Shown: positions 63,285 to 64,000 of the stretch, piece by piece
How the letters are laid out: each line of letters starts with the position of its first letter
How positions within the stretch are numbered: the stretch's first letter is position 1
Origin: an uncultured Pelagibacteraceae bacterium
GTDB taxonomy: Bacteria > Pseudomonadota > Alphaproteobacteria > Pelagibacterales > Pelagibacteraceae
Assembly: GCA_902551455.1 (NCBI GenBank)
Contig: CACDDC010000001.1
Coordinates: forward strand, 15,876 to 79,875
Reading direction: 5' to 3'
DNA length: 64,000 bases
Notes under the pieces: model-generated
What the model saw: the letters and a program-made list of their open reading frames with translations, nothing else
Told to the model about the DNA's origin: nothing
Database searches by the model: none
Position numbers and translations under genes: made by a program

Positions 63285-64000
63285 ATGAGAGCAAAAATAT
63301 TTGATTGTACTACCTTCTATAAAGCAAATCTGTTATTTGAAACCAGATTCAATATTTTAAAGAACCATGTTGATTATTTTATAGTTTGTGAAGCAAATAA
63401 AGATCATGTAGGAAATAAAAAAAAATTTAATTTTAATACTGAATTAATAGATAAATATCCAAATAAAATTATATATATAAAAGTTGAAGATTTACCTAGC
63501 ATAAAATTAAAAGGTAAAAAAGATTATGGAATTTTAAAAATTCAAATGGAAAATTTGTTTAAAGGATTAGATAAAGCTAATGAGGATGACTTAGTTATAT
63601 TTTCGGATGAAGATGAAATTCCTAACCCTAAAAATTTAAATGATTTTCAAAAAAATAACTATAAATTTGGCATTTTTTTACAAAATATGTATTACTACAA
63701 ACTAAATATCCAAAGTGTTAATGAAGGAGATGGGAATTGGCCTGGATCAAGAATATGTAGAAAAAAATATCTAAAATCTTTCTTTAAATTAAGAACTTTA
63801 AAAGTTAAAAATATAAATTATCCATTTTGGAGAATTGATAAAGAAAAAAGTATTCAATTGATAAAAGAAGGTGGTTGGCATTTTACTTATCTAATGGAAC
63901 CTGAAGAAATATCACAAAAAATAAAAAGTATGGCTCATACCGAATTTAACCATGAAAAATTTACAGATATAGAAAAAATAAAAGAAAAAATTAAAAACTT
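63285..64000 (+). CDS. Glycosyltransferase family 17-like protein (3' truncated; not in ORF track)
   Basis: MRAKIFDCTTFY...VDYFIVCEAN...IFSDEDEIP...GGWHFTYL...AHTEFN. Confidence 0.8.
   Translation, partial: MRAKIFDCTTFYKANLLFETRFNILKNHVDYFIVCEANKDHVGNKKKFNFNTELIDKYPNKIIYIKVEDLPSIKLKGKKDYGILKIQMENLFKGLDKANEDDLVIFSDEDEIPNPKNLNDFQKNNYKFGIFLQNMYYYKLNIQSVNEGDGNWPGSRICRKKYLKSFFKLRTLKVKNINYPFWRIDKEKSIQLIKEGGWHFTYLMEPEEISQKIKSMAHTEFNHEKFTDIEKIKEKIKN

Overview
A very AT-rich, gene-dense core-genome segment with almost no intergenic space. Gene content and order (gcrA, cobST, regB, glcB, hisS-hisZ-hisG) point to a streamlined alphaproteobacterium, most likely Pelagibacterales/SAR11; this is inferred from gene recognition, not a database search. 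It holds about 65 CDS, the SRP RNA, three intact tRNAs (His, Phe, Ser) and a decayed tRNA-Thr. Notable features: (1) tRNA-His and tRNA-Phe both replace the near-universal G18/U55 elbow pair with A18/G55, and both abut protein genes with 0-2 nt spacers; (2) an accessory block between hisG and trxA encodes a phage-like PD-(D/E)xK nuclease, ExoI behind a long two-hairpin leader, two putative multi-HTH proteins and a variant RmuC; (3) tandem NrdR-like boxes lie just upstream of gcrA and a RegA-like box upstream of cytochrome c; (4) TrpA/TrpB are strongly divergent; (5) six genes at 20.0-24.9 kb have homopolymer frameshifts, probably sequencing errors.
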